Origin: Acidobacteriota bacterium
Lineage (GTDB): Bacteria; Acidobacteriota; UBA6911
Reading direction: 5' to 3'
DNA: 64,000 nt
Assembly: GCA_963664705.1 (NCBI GenBank)
Contig: OY761556.1
Coordinates: 1,408,001 to 1,472,000, forward strand
Shown in pieces: positions 1-9,161 of this stretch (position 1 is the first letter of the stretch; each line of letters begins with the position of its first letter). The position numbers and the translations under genes were made by a program. The notes under the pieces are model-generated. The model was not told the origin of the DNA and did no database searches. It worked only from the letters and a program-made list of their open reading frames with translations.

Positions 1-527
1 CCGAGCGCCGGGTCGCCAACGACCTCAACATTGCGCACTCCAATCTTCTCAAGCGCTTGCTTTGAATCCGGGCCTCGTACAGTTACTCTGCGGAATGCGT
101 TCAATGCCTCAGCCCAACCATCCAAGTCCGACTCGATTGGTTCTCCAAATCCAGCACTACCAACCCCTGTTCCGAACGAATACATAGGAATCCCAATTTC
201 CAATGCTCGCCGAACTATTGGTAAGTACCCGGCGTTGATAAGTGTACCTCCGCCCAATATTATGCCAGAAAATACAGAAGGCCCATTGAGTTGCAAAGCC
301 CCTAACAAGCGCTCCTTGCAGGCTCCACCAAAAGGGGAAACTGGCATAGGCGATAGCTTACGACAAATAGCGGCGTACAGTGCTTCATCTCCAAGATTCC
401 CGTGCCCCTGCCAGCCAATATAGCCAACTGCTGGTTCCAAGGCGCATTGTCTCCAAATCCGGATTACGGCCGTTTCGACAATACTCAATGCTGCTCTGGC
501 GGATCTGCTCAAGCCTGTAGCTGGCAT
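1..527 (-). CDS. Polysaccharide pyruvyl transferase family protein (runs off the window edge; absent from the ORF track)
   Basis: Manual translation from ATG at 527: ...VGYIGWQGHGNLGDEAL...IILGGGTLI...SFGTGVG...VTVRGPDS...VVGDPAL. These are the GNxGD, GGG, VR and DPAL motifs of PS_pyruv_trans. In-frame TAA at 537-539 bounds the start. Confidence 0.8.
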   Translation of the reverse strand, partial: MPATGLSRSARAALSIVETAVIRIWRQCALEPAVGYIGWQGHGNLGDEALYAAICRKLSPMPVSPFGGACKERLLGALQLNGPSVFSGIILGGGTLINAGYLPIVRRALEIGIPMYSFGTGVGSAGFGEPIESDLDGWAEALNAFRRVTVRGPDSKQALEKIGVRNVEVVGDPAL

Positions 528-626
528 GCCAATAGCTTACCTCAATTTACTAGAGCGATAATATTTTGATGAAAAAAGGAATCCTACTTTCAAAATTATG
601 GCGCAAGAGCTTTCATGCCAGCGAGG

Positions 627-2999
627 CTATTCTACTATGCATGGTGGGTCGCTTTTGTCACAGTCTTGGCTTTTGCTAGCATCGGAATTAGGCTGGAAGA
701 CTGTCCCGTACCGAAACTGCCAATTCTGCCGCCGCTTGTCCAACGGTTCCAAGCCCCAGTAATTCAATGGCCAACCAATCTTTAAAAGTCGATCTCCATT
801 GTGCACGGCTTCAAGGCTATCCCGTTCAGGTGTGAAGCCTAGTCGGAGCATCGTTTCGGACCGCACGCCAGGATCCACTCCCGCCACCAATATCCGCCCA
901 CTCGGAACCAAAAGAGCAGTGATCTTTTCAAGACAGGATGAGGCATCTGTTGTATTCATGTGTACCAGGAAATTGTTAGCTAAAACAAAATCCTGAGGCC
1001 CGATTTTGGTCCTTAGCTCGGGATCTCCGGCGTCGCCTACATGCCACCTAACATTTTGTCGATATGCTGCCCGCACTTGCAGCCCTTCTGATACTCTAAC
1101 AAGGAGGCTCCCGCATCGAGGATCACTTTCATGCCCCGCCAGTTCATAGACGCCTAATTGCGCTTGCTTGATTGCCTTTAACGAAATATCCACGGCGGTA
1201 AACTCGATGGGAAGGGCCGGACAGCATTGCCGCAGCATATATATTACCGAGTAGAGTTCCTCACCCGTACTGCAGCCTAGTACTGCAATTCGCAGTGGTC
1301 TCTCTCCCCTTTTGTGTTTCTTAACCATACGAGCCAACAATTCTAGTTGTGCAAGGTTACGGAAAAAGTGTGTCTCTAAGCTCTGGCCTTTCATTTGGGC
1401 TGCGCAAATCCTGGAATGAACATATCTTCCAATCCATCGCAGCGGGACCCATCGAAGAAGCGTTGCAGCAAGGCGACGCAAGATGGAAGTAACGTGCCTT
1501 ATTGCTGCACTCAAAAAACGAATCTCTGGATCCGGGGCCTTTCGGGCACCGTTACAATCTGAATCACGTCCTTTGTACATACGATCTAGTGTGCGCTCCA
1601 AATATATCCACGCTGGCAGCACGAAGAGAATGGTGAACGCAATTGTCATGGCTGCGGGTGCTCCTGCGAGTCCGTAATGCTTTACTAATCCGATTTTGAG
1701 CCCTGTTCCCAAAACTGTCATAATTACAGTGGAGATAAGCCTGAATCGCAACTGGCCAAGTGCTGCTAAGGCAGTACTTAGGACGTAACCTATCTGGCTC
1801 ACAACTGTCCATAGTGCCAGTGCGGCCAGCAAGCCCACTCCAGGCTGAATCTGTGAGCCGACCCACCACCGAATAAGTAGTGGTCCACAAAAAACAAAAA
1901 TCAAGCAGGGAACGCCCGCCGAGAATGCGCCCCATATAGTCATCCGCCGCAATGTCTTTTTCAGCCAGTCGTAGTCCCGCCGAGTATGAGCCTCGGTTAA
2001 GGCAGGCCATAAGGGCAGAAGCGCCGCATTTAGGAGTGCCGAACTGAGCAAGAAAAGCCGCAATGGCACGGCATACTGTGCTACTGATGTCGGTCCAAGT
2101 AATTGTGTAATAATCAGGTTGTCTGCTGAAACCACCACAGCTGCGCAGATGCTTGCGCCAGTGAAGTATAGTCCCTGACTTGCTAGCTTCAATGTCAACT
2201 CGCGAGTTATGCCAGCTAACGATGGTCTCAACCAAGGCCTGGTTACACCGAATAGCACTACTCCATTGAGAGCTGTCGCCAACAGCGGCGAGCCCACGAA
2301 AACCAGTACCAGAAAGGGAAGCGAGGACTTCATCCAAACGGCAACTGAGAGAGCCACTAAGCCTGTCAAAGCGCCAGCTGACTGCCATAGGTCGTTGCGG
2401 AAACCTTCTTGGTAGCCAAGTTGGACATGTCGAACTACCGACAATGGCATGCTTGCCAGGAAACACAAAATCAATACTGCTGCTGTTGGCCCAGCTTCGC
2501 TCCGGGCCGGTTCTGTGGCAATATTAAAAAACCTTGCCCAAGGGACAAATTGATACATAAGGGCTAGTAGAGCCGCGGAAAAAAGTGCGATTGAGGAAAG
2601 CAGACCGACAGCAGAGGATACAGCGGCGCGTGCCTGAGTGCGTTCGCCTTTCCCATCAGCTTCTGCTATAGCATTCAGAAGTCCTTGCCCCAATCCTAAG
2701 TCCAAAAAACCGAGAAATGCTACTAGGGATGTAATGGTCATCCATAATCCGAATCGCTCTTGTCCGAGATATGTCAACGTCATTGGGACGGAAATCAAAG
2801 CTGAAGGAACCGAAATCGCCCGCGCTCCAATCGACGACAGGACATTCAGTGAGATTTGCCGGTATCGTCGTTTCGAACGACCTTGAGCTGTTGATGCGTC
2901 AAAATTTCCTCTCAGAAAGGTACTGGTTTTGCTCCCAACAAATACTAAACGCATCAAAGCGTTATTGAATGAAGATCTATTCCAGCAGTTTTGTGACAT
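627..2999 (-). CDS. Wzx-type polysaccharide flippase fused to a C-terminal CheR-like SAM methyltransferase domain
   Basis: N-terminal ~470 aa is polytopic (LTYLGQERFGLW, DNLIITQLLGPTSVAQY). C-terminal ~300 aa has THFFRN, LGCSTGEELYS, AVDIS and QDFVLANNFL, matching CheR motifs. True start uncertain. Confidence 0.75.
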   Translation of the reverse strand: MSQNCWNRSSFNNALMRLVFVGSKTSTFLRGNFDASTAQGRSKRRYRQISLNVLSSIGARAISVPSALISVPMTLTYLGQERFGLWMTITSLVAFLGFLDLGLGQGLLNAIAEADGKGERTQARAAVSSAVGLLSSIALFSAALLALMYQFVPWARFFNIATEPARSEAGPTAAVLILCFLASMPLSVVRHVQLGYQEGFRNDLWQSAGALTGLVALSVAVWMKSSLPFLVLVFVGSPLLATALNGVVLFGVTRPWLRPSLAGITRELTLKLASQGLYFTGASICAAVVVSADNLIITQLLGPTSVAQYAVPLRLFLLSSALLNAALLPLWPALTEAHTRRDYDWLKKTLRRMTIWGAFSAGVPCLIFVFCGPLLIRWWVGSQIQPGVGLLAALALWTVVSQIGYVLSTALAALGQLRFRLISTVIMTVLGTGLKIGLVKHYGLAGAPAAMTIAFTILFVLPAWIYLERTLDRMYKGRDSDCNGARKAPDPEIRFLSAAIRHVTSILRRLAATLLRWVPLRWIGRYVHSRICAAQMKGQSLETHFFRNLAQLELLARMVKKHKRGERPLRIAVLGCSTGEELYSVIYMLRQCCPALPIEFTAVDISLKAIKQAQLGVYELAGHESDPRCGSLLVRVSEGLQVRAAYRQNVRWHVGDAGDPELRTKIGPQDFVLANNFLVHMNTTDASSCLEKITALLVPSGRILVAGVDPGVRSETMLRLGFTPERDSLEAVHNGDRLLKIGWPLNYWGLEPLDKRRQNWQFRYGTVFQPNSDASKSQDCDKSDPPCIVE

Positions 3000-3302
3000 T
3001 GAACGCGCCTGACAATCGATTCCGGATCAAATGCTATCAATAAGCTATGGAGATAAATCCTATTGCCTCGCCTAGTTCTGTTTCTATTGGAATGTGAGGT
3101 GCAAAAGTATTTATGATTGGAAATCGCTGGAGGTCTTCCCGAATCCTGACAGAACCATTTATCCCCAAGTCGAATTCTGCCAGCTGCTCGGTCAATGTTT
3201 GTTGGTTTGGCATATTCATAGCGTAAGGCTAGGAATTCGATTCCAGGATTAACTGAGGCCGAATAGGCTAGGATTTCCTCATTCTGCTGATGTTGGTATT
3301 GC

Positions 3303-5705
3303 CTAATTCAGATTAGTGGTCCGGACAGCGGACTCTTCCGAAACATAGGCAGAATAGTCGGCATACTGTTTTAAATAATGATGGTAGTCGCTGTGCATGA
3401 GATCGACGTTGTTACACAGAACGCCGATGATCCTGGATCGAACCAGTTCCAGGTTTTTCCTGGCTCTCCTGATGATATCCGGAGAATTCTTTCCGCCCTT
3501 AATGACCATAATTACGCCGTCGGTCATTGGAGCCACGATGACTGGATCTGTTACCGACATCATGGGCGGCGTATCCACCAACACAAAATCGAATACGCCT
3601 ACGGCTGCCGTCAGGGCTTCCTTCATTCGCGAAGAGCCCAGCAGTTCACCGGGATTGGGCGGATAGGCACCCGCATAGGCAACGTATACATTCGGAATAT
3701 TTGTCTCCTGTACCAGCTCATCAAACTCAACCTGGCCGGTAAGGTACTCGCTTAAGCCTGCATTGCCATTGCCGTTGAAAATTCTTCTGATCTTGGGCCG
3801 GCGCATGTCGGCATCGATGATCAAGACCTTTTTTCCTGCCTGCGCCAGGCTGATGGCCGTGTTGCAGACCGTCGTCGTTTTACCCTCGCCCGCTTTGCAT
3901 GAAGTCACCATGATGGTGCGCGGGGGATTATTCGGCATGGACAACAGCAGCGCCGTGCGCAGCCCGCGATAGGCCTCCGCAATTGGCGAATTGCCCGCAA
4001 CCAAGGACGCCAGTTCAACCCCTTTTTGCGTCAGCGCCAGGGACTGAGTTTTTTTTCTGGAATTGCGATGGTAATAATAGCCATAGCGCCCAACCGAGGA
4101 CTGAAGACTCGGTACCAGGCCAAGAGCAGGAAGACCAATTTGTTCTTCCACATCCTCCGGCGTTTTGACGTTGTTGTCCATATAGTTCAGCAAAAATGCC
4201 ATGCCCAGGCCCGCAAAAAGACCAATCACAAAGGCCATGTACAGATTCATTTTCAAATCGTTGCTGATCGGCGCTGTCGGAGTTTCCGCCTGGTCCACGA
4301 TCCTGATATTGCTCGACTTCAGCCCGGTGGCCACGCCGGCTTCCTTCATCCGCTGCAGCAGGCCGTCGTACAACTGTTTATTCGTCTCTACTTCGCGTTT
4401 CAGAATGCTGTAATGAATATTGTATTCATTCAACTGATCGGCCTGGCGCTTCTGCGCATTGTAGGCGTCAAACAGCAGATTCTCGCGGGCCAATGCCGTT
4501 TTATACTCATTGTCACTATTTTCTAGTGCGAGCCGCTTTTCCCTGAGAAGCTGGCTCCTCTCCTGGCTCACCTTTGCCTCAATCTGCTTGACCTGGGGCA
4601 TCGAGGGTCCTAACTGCGATTTCAGCCGCGCCAGATCCTGCTCGTCCATGACCAATTGCTCTTCCAGCTTCCTGATCAGGTCTGTGCGCAACCCTTGCGG
4701 AAAGTTTTCCGGCGTTGCTTTCGCCATGGTCCTGTACACAGACTCTTTTTCCATGCGCGCCGTTCGGGCTTCCGTGAGCTTGGAATTCAGATCGGCCAGC
4801 GTCTGGGTGACGACGTCCTGCTTTTCCCCAACGCTGGTAATGCTGTGGGTGCGCGCATACTCAATCATGGAGGCATCCGACTGCTCGACCTTCGCCTTCA
4901 GGTCGATCAACTGCTTCTGCAGAAAATCGGTCGCGCGGGTGTTGGCATCGTACTTGGCCTGGAAGTTGTACTCGATATACTCGCGTATCACTGTGTTGAC
5001 AACCTGCGCCGCCAGCTTTGCGTCCGGGGAGGAATAGGAAACCTCCACAACCCTGGAATTTCGCACCGGCGTCACCTTCAATCCGCCCAGAATCAGCTCG
5101 GCGCCCTGGTGGATCCGCTCTTCCCGGGTAAGCGCGTGCTTTGTTTCCTTGGGTGCGGTTCTGCCGGGCAGCAGTGACATTAAGAATGCCCAGCGCTGCG
5201 GCGGATCCGCCTTCACCGGGATCTCTTTGTCAAAGCCGGCCGCTACCGCCGCCCGCGCGGAAAAAGTCCGGCTCGTCAAATGCTTGATCTGCGTCTGCAG
5301 GAATTCCTGGTAATCGTAATAGTAATTGGATTGCTGGTTGACGCTCTGATAGGGAAGTATGTTTTCCGATTCCTGGTCTATTTCCAGCTTGGCCGTGGCC
5401 TGGTAAATCGGGATCTGGCGCAGACTGTAAATCGTCGCCAGCGTCAAGGCAATCGCGATGCAGCTCAGAATCACCCACTTGCGCTTCATCACCAGCCGGT
5501 AGTATTCGCGGATGTGCTTGCGCTGGTGAAACATCAGATCCAGATCCATCGGATGCGTCGGAGGCTGCATCGGGTATAAATCGTAGGGATTAGGCCCGTA
5601 GCCCTGGATGTCGTACGGATAATGCCGTTCGACCGGCAGGTTGCCGTTACCGTTACCGTTATGACCGTTGCCGTTGTTATTGTGATTATTTTCGTTTTCT
5701 GACAT
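3303..5705 (-). CDS. wzc: Polysaccharide co-polymerase / tyrosine autokinase (GumC/Wzc family)
   Basis: Two TM segments, coiled-coil periplasmic region, AEAYRGLRT, Walker A GEGKTT, IDADMRRP, VDTPP, Tyr-rich C-terminus. Confidence 0.9.
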   Translation of the reverse strand: MSENENNHNNNGNGHNGNGNGNLPVERHYPYDIQGYGPNPYDLYPMQPPTHPMDLDLMFHQRKHIREYYRLVMKRKWVILSCIAIALTLATIYSLRQIPIYQATAKLEIDQESENILPYQSVNQQSNYYYDYQEFLQTQIKHLTSRTFSARAAVAAGFDKEIPVKADPPQRWAFLMSLLPGRTAPKETKHALTREERIHQGAELILGGLKVTPVRNSRVVEVSYSSPDAKLAAQVVNTVIREYIEYNFQAKYDANTRATDFLQKQLIDLKAKVEQSDASMIEYARTHSITSVGEKQDVVTQTLADLNSKLTEARTARMEKESVYRTMAKATPENFPQGLRTDLIRKLEEQLVMDEQDLARLKSQLGPSMPQVKQIEAKVSQERSQLLREKRLALENSDNEYKTALARENLLFDAYNAQKRQADQLNEYNIHYSILKREVETNKQLYDGLLQRMKEAGVATGLKSSNIRIVDQAETPTAPISNDLKMNLYMAFVIGLFAGLGMAFLLNYMDNNVKTPEDVEEQIGLPALGLVPSLQSSVGRYGYYYHRNSRKKTQSLALTQKGVELASLVAGNSPIAEAYRGLRTALLLSMPNNPPRTIMVTSCKAGEGKTTTVCNTAISLAQAGKKVLIIDADMRRPKIRRIFNGNGNAGLSEYLTGQVEFDELVQETNIPNVYVAYAGAYPPNPGELLGSSRMKEALTAAVGVFDFVLVDTPPMMSVTDPVIVAPMTDGVIMVIKGGKNSPDIIRRARKNLELVRSRIIGVLCNNVDLMHSDYHHYLKQYADYSAYVSEESAVRTTNLN

Positions 5706-5759
5706 TTTTTTGCTCGCTTTTAACGCTGACGGACGCCGACTTACCCTGACACACGCTGA

Positions 5760-6644
5760 CTAGTAAAGAACCAGTCTCGATAAGATCGAGGAGGGCAGGG
5801 TGGTGATGGTTGCCCAACCCAGGTTTTTCGTTACACTGCTGGGAACAAAGACAAGGTCATTGGGTTGAAGATCGAGATCCGGCGCCTGGCCTTTCAGCAC
5901 TTTGCCTGTATTGAAGGCAATTCTGTCCATGGAGCCGTCCGCCTTCTGGCGCAGCAGCGTTCCTTCCTTCAGCTTGGCTGTCTTGGTCGGACCGCCCGCT
6001 TCCGCCAGTGCTCTCGACAGCTTGATGCCCTTGCCATCCGGCAGATCAAACGGTCCCGGCTTGCTCACATCGCCAATTACATAGACCGCACTGATTGCGC
6101 GCTGCGGGATGCTGATAACATCGCCGGGAAGAATCGCGATATCCAGGGACATATCTCCCTGGATAAGGAGTTTTTTCAAATCGACTTCAATCCCTGCTCT
6201 TCCAACGCGCTGTATATTGGCTTTGTCGCCGGCTTTCAGTAAGTCCAGGCCGCCCGCATTCGCGATCGCCGAGACCAGCGTCATCGATTCCTGCAGCTGG
6301 TATTGCCCGGGCTTCATCACCGCGCCCATCAATGAATAATTGCGGCTGCGCGGGTCCTTGATGCTCACCGACACCTGCGGATCGTTGACGTATTCCTTGT
6401 CCAGCAGCCGGGCCAGCTTCGTCTCCACCTGGCGGCAGGTGAGCCCCCTCACTTCCACATCGCCAAGAAAGGGCATCCGGACCGTCCCTTCACCGCTCAC
6501 CCGCAGCTCTTTCGTGAAATCGGCTACGCCGAGCACGTTGACGTCCAGCACATCGCCGACGCCGATCGCAAAGTCGGAAGGTGGCTGCGCCTGTCCCGCG
6601 ATCGTCAGCAGAAGTAATACAAGTGTAATACATGCGCTGCGCAT
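5760..6644 (-). CDS. wza: Polysaccharide export protein (Wza/Poly_export with SLBB domains)
   Basis: Signal peptide, IGVGDVLDVNV...GTVRMPFLG..V.GLT, DPQVSV, two SLBB repeats (G.V.KPG). Confidence 0.85.
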   Translation of the reverse strand: MRSACITLVLLLLTIAGQAQPPSDFAIGVGDVLDVNVLGVADFTKELRVSGEGTVRMPFLGDVEVRGLTCRQVETKLARLLDKEYVNDPQVSVSIKDPRSRNYSLMGAVMKPGQYQLQESMTLVSAIANAGGLDLLKAGDKANIQRVGRAGIEVDLKKLLIQGDMSLDIAILPGDVISIPQRAISAVYVIGDVSKPGPFDLPDGKGIKLSRALAEAGGPTKTAKLKEGTLLRQKADGSMDRIAFNTGKVLKGQAPDLDLQPNDLVFVPSSVTKNLGWATITTLPSSILSRLVLY

Positions 6645-6648
6645 GCCG

Positions 6649-6915
6649 TTACGCCTCCTTGTGCCCATTGACCTCGGCCGATTCGCTCAACTTCTGATTC
6701 AAACTGCGGACCACCCGGTCCAACTCCTCAACGCGCGCCTTCAAGGCCGCCATAGAGAGATCACCCAAACCCTGTGCCTGCTCACACGCCACCGTACGCG
6801 CAAAGTCCGAAAGACTGCGCGAACCGCGGGAAAGACAGCCTGCCATCATCGCCTCATACTCTGTTTCCGACAGGCGAAAGCTCACTGTCCGGGATCTGCG
6901 CTTCAATACCGACAT
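6649..6915 (-). CDS. Small ribbon-helix-helix-like (MobC/CopG-like) DNA-binding protein at the head of the EPS operon
   Basis: MSVLKRRSRTVSFRLSETEYE...SLSDFAR fits a beta-strand-helix-helix pattern followed by a coiled coil. RBS-like GAAGGA upstream; ends 4 bp before wza. Confidence 0.6.
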   Translation of the reverse strand: MSVLKRRSRTVSFRLSETEYEAMMAGCLSRGSRSLSDFARTVACEQAQGLGDLSMAALKARVEELDRVVRSLNQKLSESAEVNGHKEA

Positions 6916-7278
6916 GTTGTTTCCTTCATGGTTGCGGAGGGGAATATACAGCTTCGCCCCTTCAGTCACAGGGCTGCGGGGCTATTCGAGAGAAGTTTTG
7001 TGGTGCGCATTACTTATGTATTACTTTCGTATTCTGCTCAATGGCTCGGGGGTGTAGAGTCACTTGCCCTCATCGGCCCCTGTAAAATGAAGAATGTGAA
7101 GTAATTGTCAAGAATTATGAAGAATGGTGAATAATTAAACTTAAACGTTGGACGAAAAAACGTTGGACGTTGGGACGTTGGACGTTGGACGGGGAAACGT
7201 TAGACGTTGGACGATGGGGACGGGTATAGCACCTGGGTGCTATTGCCAAATTTCTATTTTGAATGTGTAATCCTGCTT

Positions 7279-7914
7279 ATGCTCACGCGCATTCTCATCG
7301 CCGACAGCCAGGATATGCTCCGCGAACTCCTGAAACGCCTGCTCGAATCGCAGCCGGACTTCTTCGTGGTCGCCGATACGGGCGACGGCGAGGCGCTCGA
7401 ACACCTCGTCGCCGAGCATTCCCCCGATGTGCTCGTCTGCGATCTGAATCTGCGCCGGCGCTCCGGCATCGATGTCCTGCAGGAAATTGCAGCGCAATTC
7501 CCGAAAGTCAAACCGATCGTCCTGACCGATACCATCGACGATGGCAGAATATTCCAGGTGCTGCTGCGCGGCGCCCGCGGGCTCGTCATGAAAGACGCCC
7601 CCGCCGCCACACTATATAAAAGCATTCGCACCGTCATGGCCGGGCAGTACTGGATCAGCCGCGATGGCGTCTCCGGCCTCATTGAATATATGCGCGCCTT
7701 CGCCGCATCCATCGAACAGGGAAAGACCCACCATACCCACCATCTGACGCCCAGGCAGCGGCAGATCGTCAAGTCCATCGCCGCCGGCTGCTCGAATAAG
7801 GAAATCGCCGACGAACTCGAAATTACCGAAAGAGCCGTCAAATATCACCTTACACGGCTGTATCAGATTTTCGGAGTCTCCGGGAGAATGGAACTTGCGC
7901 GCGTAACGTTATAA
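7279..7914 (+). CDS. NarL/LuxR-family response regulator
   Basis: REC domain (ILIADS, PDVLVCD, VMKD) plus LuxR HTH (LTPRQRQIV...G.SNKEIA..L.I....VKYH). Confidence 0.9.
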   Translation: MLTRILIADSQDMLRELLKRLLESQPDFFVVADTGDGEALEHLVAEHSPDVLVCDLNLRRRSGIDVLQEIAAQFPKVKPIVLTDTIDDGRIFQVLLRGARGLVMKDAPAATLYKSIRTVMAGQYWISRDGVSGLIEYMRAFAASIEQGKTHHTHHLTPRQRQIVKSIAAGCSNKEIADELEITERAVKYHLTRLYQIFGVSGRMELARVTL

Positions 7915-8047
7915 CGTTGGACGTTAGACGTTGGACGAAAAAACGTTGGACGTTGCGACGTTGGGACGTTGGACGATTGGGCCCGGTTTCACCTGCGTTG
8001 CCGGATTCGTGATAATTTGTGGAATTCGTGGCAATTAACCGTCCGTG

Positions 8048-8263
8048 TTAACGTTTTTCCCAGATCATGGACAGGCGCTTCTTTGTAACCGCGCAATCAC
8101 GAAGATACAGGTTGATCAGCGTCTGGTATGGGATTCCACATTCCTGGGAAAGCTGCTTGAAGTATTCGAGCGTCATGTCGTCCAGCCGGATCGTTACCTG
8201 GCGCTTGAGCCGGGCTGCATATGGATTCGGATGCCCCTTCGAAAAATCATATTCTCGTTTCAT
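8048..8263 (-). CDS. brnA: BrnA-type antitoxin
   Basis: MKREYDFSKG..NPYA...VTIRLD....YFK...GIPYQTLINLYLR; 4-bp overlap with the toxin gene. Confidence 0.85.
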   Translation of the reverse strand: MKREYDFSKGHPNPYAARLKRQVTIRLDDMTLEYFKQLSQECGIPYQTLINLYLRDCAVTKKRLSMIWEKR

Positions 8264-8556
8264 TGAATGTGCCTTCGACCATAGTCGTCCCGTTCCTTTC
8301 GGGTTGCCTTCCGTGCGGAGATGATCCTGATTGCGGAGTCAGCGCTCCGATAACAATGAGATACAACCAACAGGCGCAAATTACAGCTCAAGCCCAGAAG
8401 CAAGAAACGTTTCTCTCCATTAAAGTGACCGGGATCATCAATGAGCAGACCGAATTCATCCATAAAGATGGTTGTTGCTTCGTTGAAAGAAATGCCATGC
8501 TTGAGTTCATTTGACTGTGCCTTGTCGGGATCCCATTCAAATACTAGTTCATTCAT
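8260..8556 (-). CDS. brnT: BrnT-family ribonuclease toxin
   Basis: FEWDPDKAQSN..KHGISF.EA...E.RF...G...LLVVSH...IRIISARKAT..E. Confidence 0.9.
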   Translation of the reverse strand: MNELVFEWDPDKAQSNELKHGISFNEATTIFMDEFGLLIDDPGHFNGEKRFLLLGLSCNLRLLVVSHCYRSADSAIRIISARKATRKERDDYGRRHIQ

Positions 8557-8560
8557 ATAC

Positions 8561-8589
8561 AATGTAGCTACAATGTAGTTACGTGTCAA
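8561..8589 (-). promoter_or_regulatory. Sigma70 promoter of brnT-brnA with overlapping operator repeats
   Basis: TTGACA (8589-8584), 17 bp, TACATT (8566-8561), 4 nt before the ATG. Tandem 11-mers AATGTAGCTAC/AATGTAGTTAC include the palindrome TGTAGCTACA. Confidence 0.7.
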
Positions 8590-8830
8590 TGTCGAGATTT
8601 CAGATCGCCCGGGTTTATGGAGAATTGAGAAAGAGATGAATTTATTGTTTCGCCAAGTGTCGGGTTATTTCACGCTGTAAAGTGGAATGATCCAACGCCC
8701 AACGTCTAACGTCCAACGTTTCCACGTCCAACGTTTTTTCGTTCAACGTTTCAACGTGCCACCCGGGGGTAAGGAAAACTTCTACCAAGGTGCTATTTCC
8801 TAAGTCGCCCGGAGGGATTATTTTCAAATC

Positions 8831-9127
8831 ATGGTGCAAGTCCCCTTGCTTGCCATCGATCGAGCGGAGCGCTACCCCATAACAGTGCCTGTGCGCTTTC
8901 GTACCGGCGATTCCATCGAATGGGTCGGCGGCTCCAGCATCAATATCAGCCGCACCGGCATCCTGTTTATCTCCGACCGCAGCCTCCCCGCCGGCTCCTT
9001 CGTTGACGTCGAATTCGCCCTGCGCGGCGCCAATCTCTACTTCCAGGGATGCGTCGTCCGCTCCGCCACCGAAGGAACGGCCGTAAAATTCCGGCGGCAC
9101 AGCCTTTCCCATCGCCAAATCTCTTGA
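8831..9127 (+). CDS. Single-domain PilZ protein
   Basis: RxxxR-like DRAERYP and NISRTG (D/NxSxxG) motifs. Confidence 0.75.
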   Translation: MVQVPLLAIDRAERYPITVPVRFRTGDSIEWVGGSSINISRTGILFISDRSLPAGSFVDVEFALRGANLYFQGCVVRSATEGTAVKFRRHSLSHRQIS

Positions 9128-9161
9128 AGAAAATAGGAAGAAACTATAGCATCGACGGCCG

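Noticed and set aside
3037-3219. 60-aa ORF between wzc and the flippase
   Set aside because: No RBS or motif I can support; it may be a gene remnant.
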